DNA of 57,992 bases, filler included, from Diploschistes diacapsis (taxonomy: Eukaryota), in the NCBI GenBank assembly GCA_023645945.1. It is 5 parts of 5 records of this genome, joined end to end, with 100 filler letters (N's around TTAATTAATTAA, not from the genome) between each part and the next. Parts side by side here need not be neighbours in the genome. Positions count along the whole stretch, not along the records: positions 11,646 to 23,174 come from JALAIB010000823.1; positions 23,275 to 34,798 come from JALAIB010000824.1; 3 more parts are not named here. One strand, given 5' to 3'. A program made the translations under genes and the position numbers. This document shows, in pieces, positions 12,511 through 24,181 of this stretch (position 1 is its first letter; the number at the start of each line of letters is the position of its first letter). The notes under the pieces are model-generated. The model made no database searches, was not told the DNA's origin, and saw only the letters and a program-made list of their open reading frames with translations.

Positions 12511-14695
12511 TCACATTTTCCGCGTCCACGTAGCTTCATCAGCCTTCGATCCCGGCCCTCCTGATTCTACTTTGCTCCTCATTCCTCCTTGCTCATGCTC
12601 CTTTCTTGGTTTTTCGACTTCTTCTACTTCTCCATCTGTTTCAGAAAACATGATGTGGTCGATGTGCACAAAACCCTCGTTCTCCTCCTCTTTCCCCTCG
12701 CGCTCACTCTCCTCCCCGTTGTCCGTTATGTCGTCGTCTGGCGGTTGCTCCTCCATTTGGAGTACCTTCTCCTCCTCTAGCTTCTTCAGTGCCTCTTTTG
12801 CTTGCCTCTCTAGCTCCCTCTCGATTTCCCTTTCCTCTTCCTCTTCCTTTTCAATTCTCTCTTCCCATGGGTTTATCGTCCTTTCCTCTCCTTCCTCCCC
12901 ACTATCCACCTCCAACACACTCTTTCTCTCCAGCGTAGGCGTCGTTTCCAATTTTAGACTCAAGCTCTTCTCTACCCTCCCATTCCTCAACCCCTTAGCC
13001 TCACCCTCACCCTCAACCTCAACCTCACCCTCATCCCCACCCTCATCCCCACCTTCACACCGACCCGCCCTCCCAGCAGTGAACTGCCAGCGACTCGAAC
13101 TCGCACAGTCTTCCACGAGCCGCACCTCGACTTTCTGGTCCAGAGGGATCATCTCGTGCCTCAGCTCCCAGCCAGCGCGCTCGCACAGCTCGGCCACGAC
13201 GACGTCGCAGTCACCCATTAGCTCCATGTCAAAGTCGATGTGTTTGCAGGGCTGCGTCTTGCCGTGTTAGCTGATATAACTTTCTACGTCAAGAGCGGAG
13301 GGTATAGTAGGGCTGGGTATGATTGGGTAGTGGTGGTTTGAGGACTCGGGGTTCAGTAACAAGGAAAGTAAGTAAGAGGACGTACGTCTCGCGATATGTA
13401 CAACTGCGGCACTGTGGCGGGAATGACGTTGGGCACTTCGGAGACGGGAGCGACTTTGAGCGAGGTACCGATAACGACAACGAGGTCGGCGGCGTCGATG
13501 TCATGCTTTGTCAGCCGATCGTGGAATTTGTCAGGCAGGTCTTCACCGAAGAAGGTAATGTCGGGCTTTTTTTGAGTGATGTTAGTAGTTTGTTCATATC
13601 TAGGAATATTCTGCATACTTTCATCACGCCAGCGATCTCGGTCTCCGGCTGCTCTTCCTCTCCGCTGGTGCTGTCCTCGTAGTCAGGCCGCTTCTTCTTG
13701 TAGTGGCAGTGGTGCGAACTGCGCTTGCGCTTGAGGCCGAACGGCCGGATCTGCTGGAGGCGCCTGATGCACGCAGGGCACTTGGGTACTTGGCCTGCTT
13801 TGATTTCAGTGTGGATGACGTCGCCGTTGACCCTGTGTTTGCACTGCTGACAGGTTGCCGTCGCAAAGGACCCGTGACACTGGATCAGCTTGTCTTCGGA
13901 TATGCCTGCGTGGCCCTCTAGGTTATCGATATTTTGGGTGTAGTTTGTTAGAAGCTTGTCTTTGTCCTGTAGTAGCCTGATAAAGGCATGGGTCGGGGAG
14001 AACTTCTTGGTCGATGGCAGGATGTCCTTGGCCACGGTGTAGAACACTGTCGGGTCCTCCCGGAACTGGCTGATGTCGAACACCTCTTGCGGATCGCTGA
14101 GACCCAAGTGCTCGAGCTGCGAGTACAGCCCCGTATTCTTTGAGCGAAAGTCCGGTATGCCCAGGCTCGTCGAGATCCCCGCTCCCGTAATGACTACGAT
14201 ATTCTTTGCCCTCTTGAGAAGCGAGACCGCGTCGTCAATGGTGTTGTACTCCTGCAGCTTAACCCTCTTCCGAAGCTCCCGCTGTATGCCCATTCCAAGC
14301 AAGGGGTAATACGCATCGTCCGGCGCACCCTCCAGAAACGAATGATGCGGGATGCCAAACGCCGTAACCAGCTTCCTGGCCGAAATGATGCCCGCCTCGA
14401 TCGTGCGCATGATGAATTCATCCACGCCGACGCTGCGCAGGAGCTTCTTGTACTTATGCGACTCCTCCAACGTGCAAATGTCGGCCCCCTGGATCCCGTA
14501 CTGCTCGTCGCCGAATTGCTCGAATACGTCTTCGTAAAAGGACCCGGTTTCCCATGCAGCATCCCCTCCGCTCTCTGCGTTCTCGTCTCCGGTCTCTTCC
14601 GTCGTGCCGTTGGGTGTCGAAGGTTCTGCGGTCTCCATGGCCTCCATGACCGGCACCTTCAGGCTGGCTGTGGCGGATGCAGTGACGCTTGCCAT
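12511..14695 (-). CDS. SIR2: NAD-dependent histone deacetylase, Sir2/Hst1 class, 3 exons (alternative in-frame start at 14746)
   Basis: [31 protein letters not shown], CxxC..CxxC zinc site, [21 protein letters not shown]. Introns 13618-13566 and 13385-13252. Acidic C-terminal tail. Confidence 0.95.
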
Positions 14696-15159
14696 TGCGT
14701 CGTATGGAACAGCGGTCCTTTCTCGAGTGTGGCACAAAGTTACCATTACATTGCGCAGAAGATCGGTAGCTATGGCTGTCGATGCGGGTGATGGGTTTCC
14801 GACGGCACAGCGGAGAGGCGCGGGCAGGGTTTTTGTTGGTTTCTACTTCGATAGGGTCTCAGTCTACAATTAAATGATAAGCGCGGCGGTGTCGTGCCAC
14901 GCGAAACCTTTCAGAGCCTCTTTGCCAAGGCTCTTCGGGCCGAAAGGCAAGTACCGAATACCGAAAGAGGCAGGGAAGCTCATGGGGAGCCCCTAAGATG
15001 GTCCAGAGGATTAGATCATCTCTTGAAATCTTTTCTACCTTGGAGTTGTGTGTCTTGGGTGTGATAGCAAAGTCTTTTTACTTCTCGAAGCTCTCTTGCT
15101 CCACAGTGCGGTTGTGAGTACTAAATTGCTGCACAACATTCTCCCCTTAATAGCCAATA

Positions 15160-16393
15160 CTAAGTCCCATTCATTGCGGTATCCTCTCCGCCAGTATCAC
15201 CGGCATCCCCCTCATCTATCCATCCATCATCATCGTCTTCAATCTCCTCGTCGCCCAGCTCCTTGTCGAGACCCTGCACAAGCTCCACCGCATGGTCCCT
15301 GAGCCTATCATCCTCGTACTCCAGTAAATCATAGAGTTTCAAGCAGTTCCGCAGCCACTCCCTACTGCTCAAAAGAAGGGACTTCCTGTCATCGGCGTCC
15401 TCAGCATTTCCTTGTTTATTGCCCATCAGCCACAGGCACCAGCCTCCTAAATACCATGCCTCCACGCTCTCGTCGTCTTCTCCAACTAGCCTTTCGACGA
15501 CCTCGAGCGCAACCTCTTCCATCTCCGCTTCCATTAGCAATCGCGCAAGGCTAATTCTGGTCGGAAAGTCCGGGACGTCGGGATGGTTTGGCGGTAACTC
15601 CTTCCATCGGTCTAAGCTGCGCTCGAGTGCCGACTGTGCATCCTCAGACCGCGACTGTGATAAGAGTACCGAAGCCCATGTTTGTAGCACCGAGGCTTGC
15701 GGCGGATCTGAAATCAGGAGAGCGCGGCCGATGAGCCTCTCACAGTTCGACTCGGCATTCGGCTCAAGGCTTTTGCGATAAGCACGAAGCAACATGATCA
15801 ATATACAAAATTACTCACGACAGATCCGTCATCCAGACCTCAATCATACTGCACAATGCCGAAGCAAGCTTAGCCTTGTACTCCTCCAGCTCCTCGCTCT
15901 GATCGGCCTGCGACACTGACTCGGCACTCACTTCATGCCTTCCTAATCTGTGCTCTAAAACTGCAATTCCGCGCTCGTACCAGTGGATACTGTCATGCCC
16001 TCCCTCCTCGGAAAGTTGAGCAAGCCATAAGAACTTCTCTGCCCCCCCACCGTGACTCTCGGGTAAAGAACCGTGGGGATCGTGCTCGACCGCTTCCTTA
16101 AAGGCCTCTCGTGCTGCTACTACGTCACCTAATACGATTTGAATTTCTCCGAGAAGGGTGTACGCAGGTAGCGAAATAGAAGCCTTCTGTTCGGAGGTCT
16201 TGAGGAGAGCGATAGCTTGCTGTACACTCGAGAGGGCGGCCTCTGAATTCCCTGATTGTAGGGATTGAGATGCTTCTGATAGGAGCGTGTATGGATCACT
16301 TGATGAACTTTGAGATGAATCTGAAGTTCTCTGAGATTTGCCATGCCGCCTGGCTTTCCGCGAAACAGCTTGTACCGTTCGACTCTTCGCCAT
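15160..16393 (-). CDS. ACL4: TPR protein, assembly chaperone of Rpl4 (Acl4-like), 2 exons
   Basis: GAEKFLWLAQL, ALCSMIEVWMTDLS|LEPNAESNCE, EAWYLGGW and an acidic tail. Intron 15818-15770. Confidence 0.82.
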
Positions 16394-16640
16394 GTTGAGC
16401 TAGGTTAGAAGCAAGCACGATACAGATATCCAGAAAGACCAATCGAAAGTCACTGACCTAGCAGCTGAATAACATGCTAGACGAAAAGCTTGTACTGCTC
16501 AATCAAAATCAAATCAATCCCCCCGTCTATCCTTGTTACGGGAGGCATGTCTATCAAACCCTATTCCGCACGGACTCAAGTTGTTCCACTCTCACCCGGA
16601 TCTAGCATAAAACACGTGATTCTGACCCGACCCGCCATAA

Positions 16641-16664
16641 CATTGGTACCAACATTGGTACCAA
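16641..16664. repeat. Tandem 12-bp repeat (CATTGGTACCAA)x2, each unit containing the palindrome TTGGTACCAA
   Basis: Direct reading; lies between the divergent ACL4 and SDR starts. Confidence 0.85.
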
Positions 16665-16907
16665 CAGTACCTTTACAGTTACTAGTTTGCATGCTAACAT
16701 TTATACCATTATATTAGAAGGGCTAGCGAAGGGCAGCCACACCAATGCTCGTCCGCATTCTGGCCGGTCGTGGTTGCCTAGCTCTACGCAGGGAGTAGGG
16801 TATGTACATAAAAGGGGGAGATCTCCTGTGGTATGCAGGCAACTACTTGATACGACTAATAGCTGAGATTGAATATATTGCCTCACCGAGACAAGCGAGC
16901 CCAAACA

Positions 16908-17894
16908 ATGAGCGGTGTTAAGAACTTTAACCTAACCACAGACCTGCCTTCCCTAGGTGGCAAAGTTGTGTGCATCACAGGCGGTTTGTCCCCTCAGTCA
17001 AACGTGCAAGCCTCTCACTAACCCTCGCTCCACGCACTGCCGGCCTAGGAAGTGCCTCGGTCACTGCATTGGCCAAGCACAACCCAGCGCACATCTACTT
17101 CGCCGGTCGCAATGCCAAAGCCGCTTCCAAACTCGTCACCGAGACCAAGCGTGTCACACCCAACGTCGAGCTCACCTTCCTTGAGTGCGACTTCACCTCT
17201 CTCGCCTCCGTACAGGCAGGGCTAAAGGGTTTCAAGCACTCCAAGCTCGACATCCTGATATGCAACGCCGGAATCATGTCACAGCCACTCGGCACCAGCA
17301 AGGACGGCTTCGAGGTCCATTTCGCCGTCAACCATCTTGCCAATGCGCTGGTTATCCGCACGCTGTTACTGCGCCTGCTGGAAGCTGCGCAAGCGCCAAA
17401 CGCTGATGTGCGCGTCGTGAGTCTCACGTCCACGGGGTATATGGCGCATCCGGCCGAAGGCGTGCGATTCGACACCATTCGCTCAACGCAGGACACTGGT
17501 CTCATGGGGGGTTGGCGCAGGTACGGACAGAGTAAGATAGCTAACATCGTCTACGCGGCGGAATTGGCACGCCGACATGGTCAAGACGGTATATACGCGG
17601 TTTCTGTGCATCCGGGGGTTGTCAACACCACCCTAGTCTTGGATTTAGGTGTGGCGCAGAAGGCGTTAGTAAGTATACGTTAGCCAAATGGGCAAAGTGG
17701 TGACACCAGAGGAAGGTGTCAAGAACCAGCTGTGGGCTGTGGCAGGGGCCAAGAGGGAAGCTCTTGTTAATGGTGCCTTCTATATGCCTGTCGGTCAGAA
17801 TGCGCAGCGCAAGCTGACAAAGATGGGGAAGAGCGAAAGCTTTGCTAAAGAGGTTTGGGAGTGGACTGATGGGGCCTTGAAAGAGTTTCTTTGA
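16908..17894 (+). pseudogene. Short-chain dehydrogenase/reductase (retinol-DH/WWOX-like), apparently disrupted
   Basis: MSGVKNFNLTTDLPSLGGKVVCITGG|(TAGLG), LDILICNAGIM, FAVNHL, YGQSK (YxxxK), SVHPGVVNT. The intron 1 acceptor reads CAC instead of CAG (17031-17033), and a 4-bp AGTA duplication (17668-17675) frameshifts away the C-terminal MGKVVTPEEG..VWEWT segment. Confidence 0.8.
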
Positions 17895-19728
17895 AAGACG
17901 CAGCAATTTCTGATGCGCTCCCATCCTCCATTGTGGGGTTGGAAGGCATCCACAGGCCGTAAGTAGGTTGCTTCTGTGCTATCCCCTTTATAAGTCTACT
18001 TGATATGACTTGACTTGGTTCATTTCTTTCTTTCCATGCTTTTGAGTGGGGTTTTTTAAGTCAAGACCATAATCAGCTGACCTTGTTCAGTCGGCTGCTG
18101 CTCCATTTAGCGAACCGCATTCATAAAGTATCTTACTTTCCTGATGCGACCAATACTTCATTTGCACTGAATTGTTCGTTAAGAATGAATCTGAACGTCA
18201 AGGACCTGACCGTCTACTATGTAATGAAGCAAAATAGACAAGTACTAGTGAACCCAAGCCTGTCTCAGGGGCTCTCTTGCACTATTTTAATCTTAGAGAC
18301 ATCGCTTTTTGGTTACAGGTATAGGCTTCATGCTTGTGTATCTTCTTTAGAATGTCAAAGCAACCTGAAATTAGAGTTTCCAAAAGACGCCCTTCCCGAA
18401 GTTGTGACTGTAGAAATCGGGCTCAAATAATTAAGAAGAAAAATGATCTTCGGGCACCGTGGATGCGTTTCTTGCGCCTTGTTTACGGACTTAAGATAAC
18501 TCTATGCTACTGTTTCTCTGTGGAAGATACAAGCGTAGGATGTCTACCATTAAGCATCTAATTAGGCTTTGAGCTTTTAAGAAACTTGTGATTTTGTTGA
18601 CTGAGCAAGCCATAATCTAATAGCCACAAATCAAGCGCTTCGCTGCAATGGGTAGGTTCCGTTCATGCAGCGTTCAGTCGATATATCTCGGGATGTACTA
18701 CAATCACCATGGTTATATATCAGCCAGGTCCCTTATGTTGTTTCTAGCCCTATGCTTCTATCTCACATCTTTAAGACAAATCACACTCACTTTTCTAGGT
18801 CACAGTTTTCAAAGCAGCCGGAGCACTTCTATTCACTACATATGTGTATGCCTCGCCGATCGTTGACATCGCAGAGTGCCGGAGCTGCCTGATCTGCGAG
18901 GAGATGGGTGAGGGAGCAAAGGCTATCACCGTCGCTTGTTCTCTGCTTGCGCAATGTCCGGGTGGATAAGGGTTACAGAGAAAGATTGTGAGGAAGAAGT
19001 CGTCTGTTCACAAAGTATCTAGTTTTGGATAGAACGTCTATACCCAGAATCGAGCGTGCTGGCCTCCAGCATCGGCAAAGAACAAGTCCTTAATCGTCCT
19101 GAAAGTCTATTTGCATAACAGGTTAACCTGAGTCTGAGTCTGTAAAAGCTCCGGTGTCTGAAAGCATATATACCTCCTAAAAGCCGTAAGAGGAAGTCGC
19201 AAATTAGACCGTTCGGAAATTAGTTGTACCGCTCCATCAAGGATGGTGCTAGAGCGCTACTACAACTCGTCGGGATTGATCTTCCTTTACTCACAGCATG
19301 TACCTCGAGTGACATGCATACTCTAGCACCAAAGTGAGCAATGCACTAGCCGATCCTGCTGAGTGAGAGGGTGGTCAAATCTGCAAGTTGAGGTCGGTGT
19401 AGAAGTCCAAGGGCTGAAGATGGCTTGGCAGGAGTATCCTGAGTTTATACCGCTCTTTGATTGAATCAGCAGGCCAGACACAGACTGGAATGTTCTTAGT
19501 CCGTCAATATTCTAGCTGTAGGTCAGTAGATTGTCTTATTCTCGTACTTTTTTCTTTGATTTCCATCCACAATTCGATGAATGCTGCGACGTTGACTTGA
19601 TTCGGCCTGAACAGGTACTCTGGTATTTCATGATAGAGAGCTCCTTTATATCGTTTTTACCATTTGAGCTCCAAAACAATCTTACAACGCTGACTCAATA
19701 GATAGGCCCTTGCATAGTATACCACACG

Positions 19729-22347
19729 ATGGGACGCAAACCCGACACGCTTATCCTGACTTACTTCAATCGCGGCGAAAAAATCCCGGATCAGAGTAAC
19801 AGATACTCCTATACCTGCAAAGCGTGCGGTGCCGAGTTTCCAAAGGGGCGGACAAACCACTTACTAGACCATCTGACGGGGAGCGCCACGGCATGTCCAG
19901 CTATCACTACAGAGATCTTGACAGATATAGTGGCTATCCAGGCATCCAAAAGCGCCGACAAGGCCCGAAAAGAAGCACTGAAGCCACCAAGGAATGAGCT
20001 TTCTTCGCCGATAGATGGAGTCTCTACCAATCGATTCTCTCCTACTGACTCTCTAGGGCAGCCGCCCCTTCCGCTTGCTCAGGGAAAGAACCTCACAGGA
20101 CTTGAAGCACTTGCTGAAGCTAGCCGCCAGGTCGAGCGGCCGCTAGACCCCGTTGGAAAGCCCCAGCCCCATGACAGCAATGTCCTTGGCGTGCGCGATG
20201 ACCCAATTATTGATCCAAGCCTGAATTCCATCGGATCAGCTGCCGAAAGCTTCCCTACTTCGGCCCAAGACCTTTCTTCTATCGCGGCTTCGGCAAGCAA
20301 TCTCCAGGCGTCATTGGTACAGCAACTTAAGAAGCATGTCAACAACGAGTTGAGCAGCCCCATCGACGACAAAGAAAATGAGCTGCTGCATCACGCTTCA
20401 ACTTGGCATGTCCCCATCCGGCCAGCCTCCGAGCATATCGCGGATCAGCTAGCTAAAGCTGCAACGTTCCCTGTGCCCATCGCAGCCGATCCTTATTCTA
20501 GGCTTTCAGGGTTAGAGGGCTTGGACCAACCCCCGAGCAAGGTAACAAAGACTCGATCAAAGTTTAGTGAGTCGAGGAGACAGGAAGTTCAGGGGGTGCG
20601 GCTGAAAAGAGCCTGCATCCGGTGCAGGATGTTACGGAAGCCGGTATTTATCTGTCAAATTACAAAAACAAAAGACCCTGGCTTACGGGCTTACAGTGCT
20701 CAGAAGAGGACCCTTGTCCCCGCTGTGCTGAAATCAAGAATCCACGACTGTGGTCAAACTCCTGCATCCGGGTCCGAATATCAGAGGCTTTTGACTTGTA
20801 TTCTGTCGGTACGTTCTCAACCTAGTTGATATGTACGTACTTAGTTCAACTGACAATAATGAAGGCCTGTATGCAGCCCCAGCAAAGGTAGCCCTAGACT
20901 ACTGCAGGGTTTCTTACGATATCCAGGACAGAGGTGATACGATTGCGTTGCGGCCGTCAGACCGCGACGAGCCTTCAGTGACCTTGCCTGCCGTGACCGC
21001 AAAGCTCAAAACAGGAGACACAGTGAACGGCGTCCATGAAGACTGCTTTATGTTGCCTAAAGAGGAAGACGTCAGGATCGAGGAGAGGCTGTCTCGATAC
21101 ATCTCTAGTTACGACGCAGACTATCCGGACGAAATCTCAAAGACTCTAGCTTACTGTCGCGAGCACTACAAAGATAAAGAGGTATATTCACTTCCTACTA
21201 CGTAAGCGCTTGCTGCTGCTAGAGCACACTTTGACGAGCCAATAGCCTCCTCTCCTAATCCAACTAGCGGTATCCCTCTACAAAAACACCCACCTCCTTA
21301 CATCCCCCACCCAACCCTTCCGGATATCCCACTCCACCCAGCCTGCATTTGCGCCTCCACCAGGCAACCCTTCCCCATCTCCGTTATCCCTCGAGGATAT
21401 CAAGCCCCAGATCACGGACACCAGCTCTCCCCCTTCAATCGCCCAAACCGCCCTCCTCTCCCTAACCGAGAAAGTCGCAACCAGTGACTGCCGCGCCCTC
21501 CTCAACGAAATGGAAAAGTGCCTCGTCTCCCGCTCCCAGACCTTTGACCTCCTCCTCGCCTCCTTTCTCTTCTTCGCCTGCGTCGAGAAGATGGAGTGGG
21601 TTTTTCGGTCACATGACACTGATATATTATTCTCGTCCTCATCCTCCACGTCCTTCCCAAAGGTAACTTATATTCCCCTTTGTCCCTACCTTCCCATCGC
21701 TCATTCTTCCCCCCCCCCAAGTCATCTAATAGTTGACGGTTAACCAGTGGGTCCTTCCCCACCCACCCCAAACCTACGCCCGCAAAGCAGAAGACTTCTC
21801 CGCCTTCCTCCAAGGCCTCCTGCGCTCGCGCCACGTCGTCGAGCCGCTGGCCCTCGACCCTGGGTCGGGGTGTTTGGTGCCCGTGTCGTCTGGCAGAGAG
21901 AAAGATAAAGATAGAGAAAAGGATAAGGAGAAAGAGGATACGGGTAATAGTGGCGCCAGGGGCTGGTTTGAGAGCGTGGGGTTCGGTACGTGGGGTATTT
22001 TTCCTTTCTCTCCTTTCATTTCCTTCCTTTCCTCCCTCTCTTGTTTTCTCTTTCCCTCGCTCTCATTTCGTTCTGTCGTCGTCTTGTTGTGGAATTCGCT
22101 GGGCTGTGTCCGACATAACTGGACACTGTGTATGCGCGCCGACCTTGCTTCCCACTGAACGTAGCACTCGCAGCTTCTACCACGCTAACGCTAACCCGTG
22201 CCGTGATGCGAGTCTCTAGGCCCTGGTCTGCCCTCCCGCCGCAACGCGCTCTTTGACGCGCGCGACCCGCGGAGCTTGGATTTGAAGCACTGTGCGGGCT
22301 TCTTGCTTTCGGCGCAGGGGAGGGGGATGGTTGGGTTTGAGGAGTGA
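19729..22347 (+). CDS. Fungal transcription factor with an N-terminal BED-like zinc finger and a Zn(II)2Cys6 cluster, 6 exons
   Basis: Exons 19729-20643, 20697-20808, 20865-21181, 21246-21662, 21748-21985, 22220-22347 are phase-consistent. YTCKACG..HLLDHL..C and RACIRCRMLRKP|CSEEDPCPRC..WSNSC. Confidence 0.82.
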
Positions 22348-22748
22348 GGAGTGCGACTGATGAAGGAGTAGAGGTGGCGAGGGTTAGGTTTTTCTTAAAG
22401 GGGAGGAAGCGGTGTGGGTTTGGGTATTCACAAGGAGGAGGGTGTGAGAACGGGTAGGGGGAAGGGTGTGGGCGCAAGGACCAGTAGTGGAGATGGATAT
22501 GGGAACGAGGGATGGTTACGAACCCCCCAATCCCATCACTCTGTACGGATGTACGAAAAGGGTTTCTTGATCTTGTTGCCCTAATGTGCTCTATCCAAGG
22601 ATACGACCAGATGCAGAAGCACCCAAAAGTTGAAAAGTGATATATGAACCAGTATCAAGGGATAGAGCGCGTTAACTGCACACCAACAGCGCCTTATTTA
22701 TTTATGGCAGCAGGGTAGGCAAAGGTACATCCAAGATCACTCGCGACG

Positions 22749-22772
22749 TATACATGTACATGTACATGTATA
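22749..22772. repeat. Perfect 24-bp palindrome built from (TACATG)n
   Basis: tatacatgtacatgtacatgtata equals its own reverse complement. Confidence 0.9.
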
Positions 22773-23174
22773 TGTGGGAGCAAGCACACAGCACCTCCTC
22801 TCCCATCTCCCTCCCTCCGCTGCTCTAACTCAACTCTCCTTCCTCTTTAAGTCTCGGTATCTCCCCCGATCTCGTATCTATCATAGCGAGCCATAGCATA
22901 GCAGCACATTCCGTAGCTAGACACCTCTTTCCTCCACCCCCCTCTCCAACCCCTTACTTCCTATTCTCTGTTTCCCCTTGCCATTATTTACATTCCCATC
23001 CCCCCGCAAACACCAAGCCCCAAGCCCCAAGACACCCATCGCTCACGAACAAAGCAACCCCTCCATCCCCCTCGGCACGCTAGTCGGGCTGACCGTGCCG
23101 GCTTCATACCTGCTGCCTCTACTCCCTCTGCTGCCTGCACTGCCAACACTGCCCACACTATCCCTACTCCTCCC

Positions 23175-23274
23175 NNNNNNNNNNNNNNNNNNNNNNNNNN
23201 NNNNNNNNNNNNNNNNNNTTAATTAATTAANNNNNNNNNNNNNNNNNNNNNNNNNNNNNNNNNNNNNNNNNNNN
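23175..23274. other. Artificial contig spacer N44-TTAATTAATTAA-N44
   Basis: Identical to the other spacers. Confidence 0.98.
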
Positions 23275-23541
23275 GTGTGGGGGTGTGAAGGAGGAAAGAA
23301 GTGGGAGTAACATGCGGAGATGGTGACTGGGTGCTAGGAGGTAGACCCTACTTCAAGAAGCTGTGCCATTGCCCGTCGTTGCTGCTTGGCGATCGCTTCG
23401 TCTTTCTGCTGCACCATGCGCAGGCGGCTTATGGAGAGCTTGAGCTGGACTTTTATCTTACCCTGGATACTCGTTAGCCTTGGGGAGGCTGCTCCGCAGT
23501 GGGATTGAGAAGCGTACGATGAGCGCTGATGAGGGCGCCAT
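23275..23541 (-). CDS. IST1: Ist1 (DUF292, regulator of Vps4 in the MVB pathway), 5' fragment truncated by the contig end
   Basis: Exons 23541-23518 and 23462-23352 give MAPSSALI|GKIKVQLKLSISRLRMVQQKDEAIAKQQRRAMAQLLE, then a GT donor at 23351. Absent from the ORF track. Confidence 0.85.
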
Positions 23542-24140
23542 ATTGGGTGTGAATCTTGTTTGGTGGTAAGGAATGGGGATGCACCGATTATGCTATAGCA
23601 TTGAAAGGATCTTGTGGTATGTGGTGGTTGAGCGTAAAAGCTATGCGTAGATACAGTATGACCGGCGTTCGGTCCGAGGGGTTAGTCTCAAGCCTGAATT
23701 CCTTCCGCATCTGGCTTCTTTCTCTACGCGAATTTATCTGTCATCTTCAAAGAGCTTAGCAGAAGTGCCTAGCTGGGGTTTTCCCGGATAATCACTTTCG
23801 GTGCGTTCTTACCAACGACCGTGACGTTCGTGAATACCGTAGACTACTCCATCAATTCATGCACCGCTTGTGTATGTGTCATATTATCCGCCAGGTGTTG
23901 GACTCTGCGTTTAAGCTTTATACCAAAGCTGTGGCCGGCTTCACCCCTCATCCTAATTGATTCGCTTAATCCTAAGGGATAGCGCATCGACATGGAGAGG
24001 CAGATCCTGTTCTAGGCGACATGTTGGTGAAAGCGCCAGTGTACCGAAGATAAGCCATAATAGGAACCTCGATAATAAAGATGAAGTCGCCTAATCGATC
24101 TACCGAATTATCTTAGAACGTACCCCAACGTCAAAGCACA

Positions 24141-24146
24141 TATAAA
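24141..24146 (+). promoter_or_regulatory. Probable TATA box of the secreted-protein gene
   Basis: TATAAA about 40 bp upstream of ATG 24182. Confidence 0.45.
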
Positions 24147-24181
24147 CCTAAAAACATCCGTAAAAGCAGTCCAGATACGCC

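Noticed and set aside
23073..23100. Hairpin CGGCACG..CGTGCCG in a C-rich leader
   Set aside because: A 7-bp stem is expected by chance in GC-rich DNA, and no riboswitch consensus is present.
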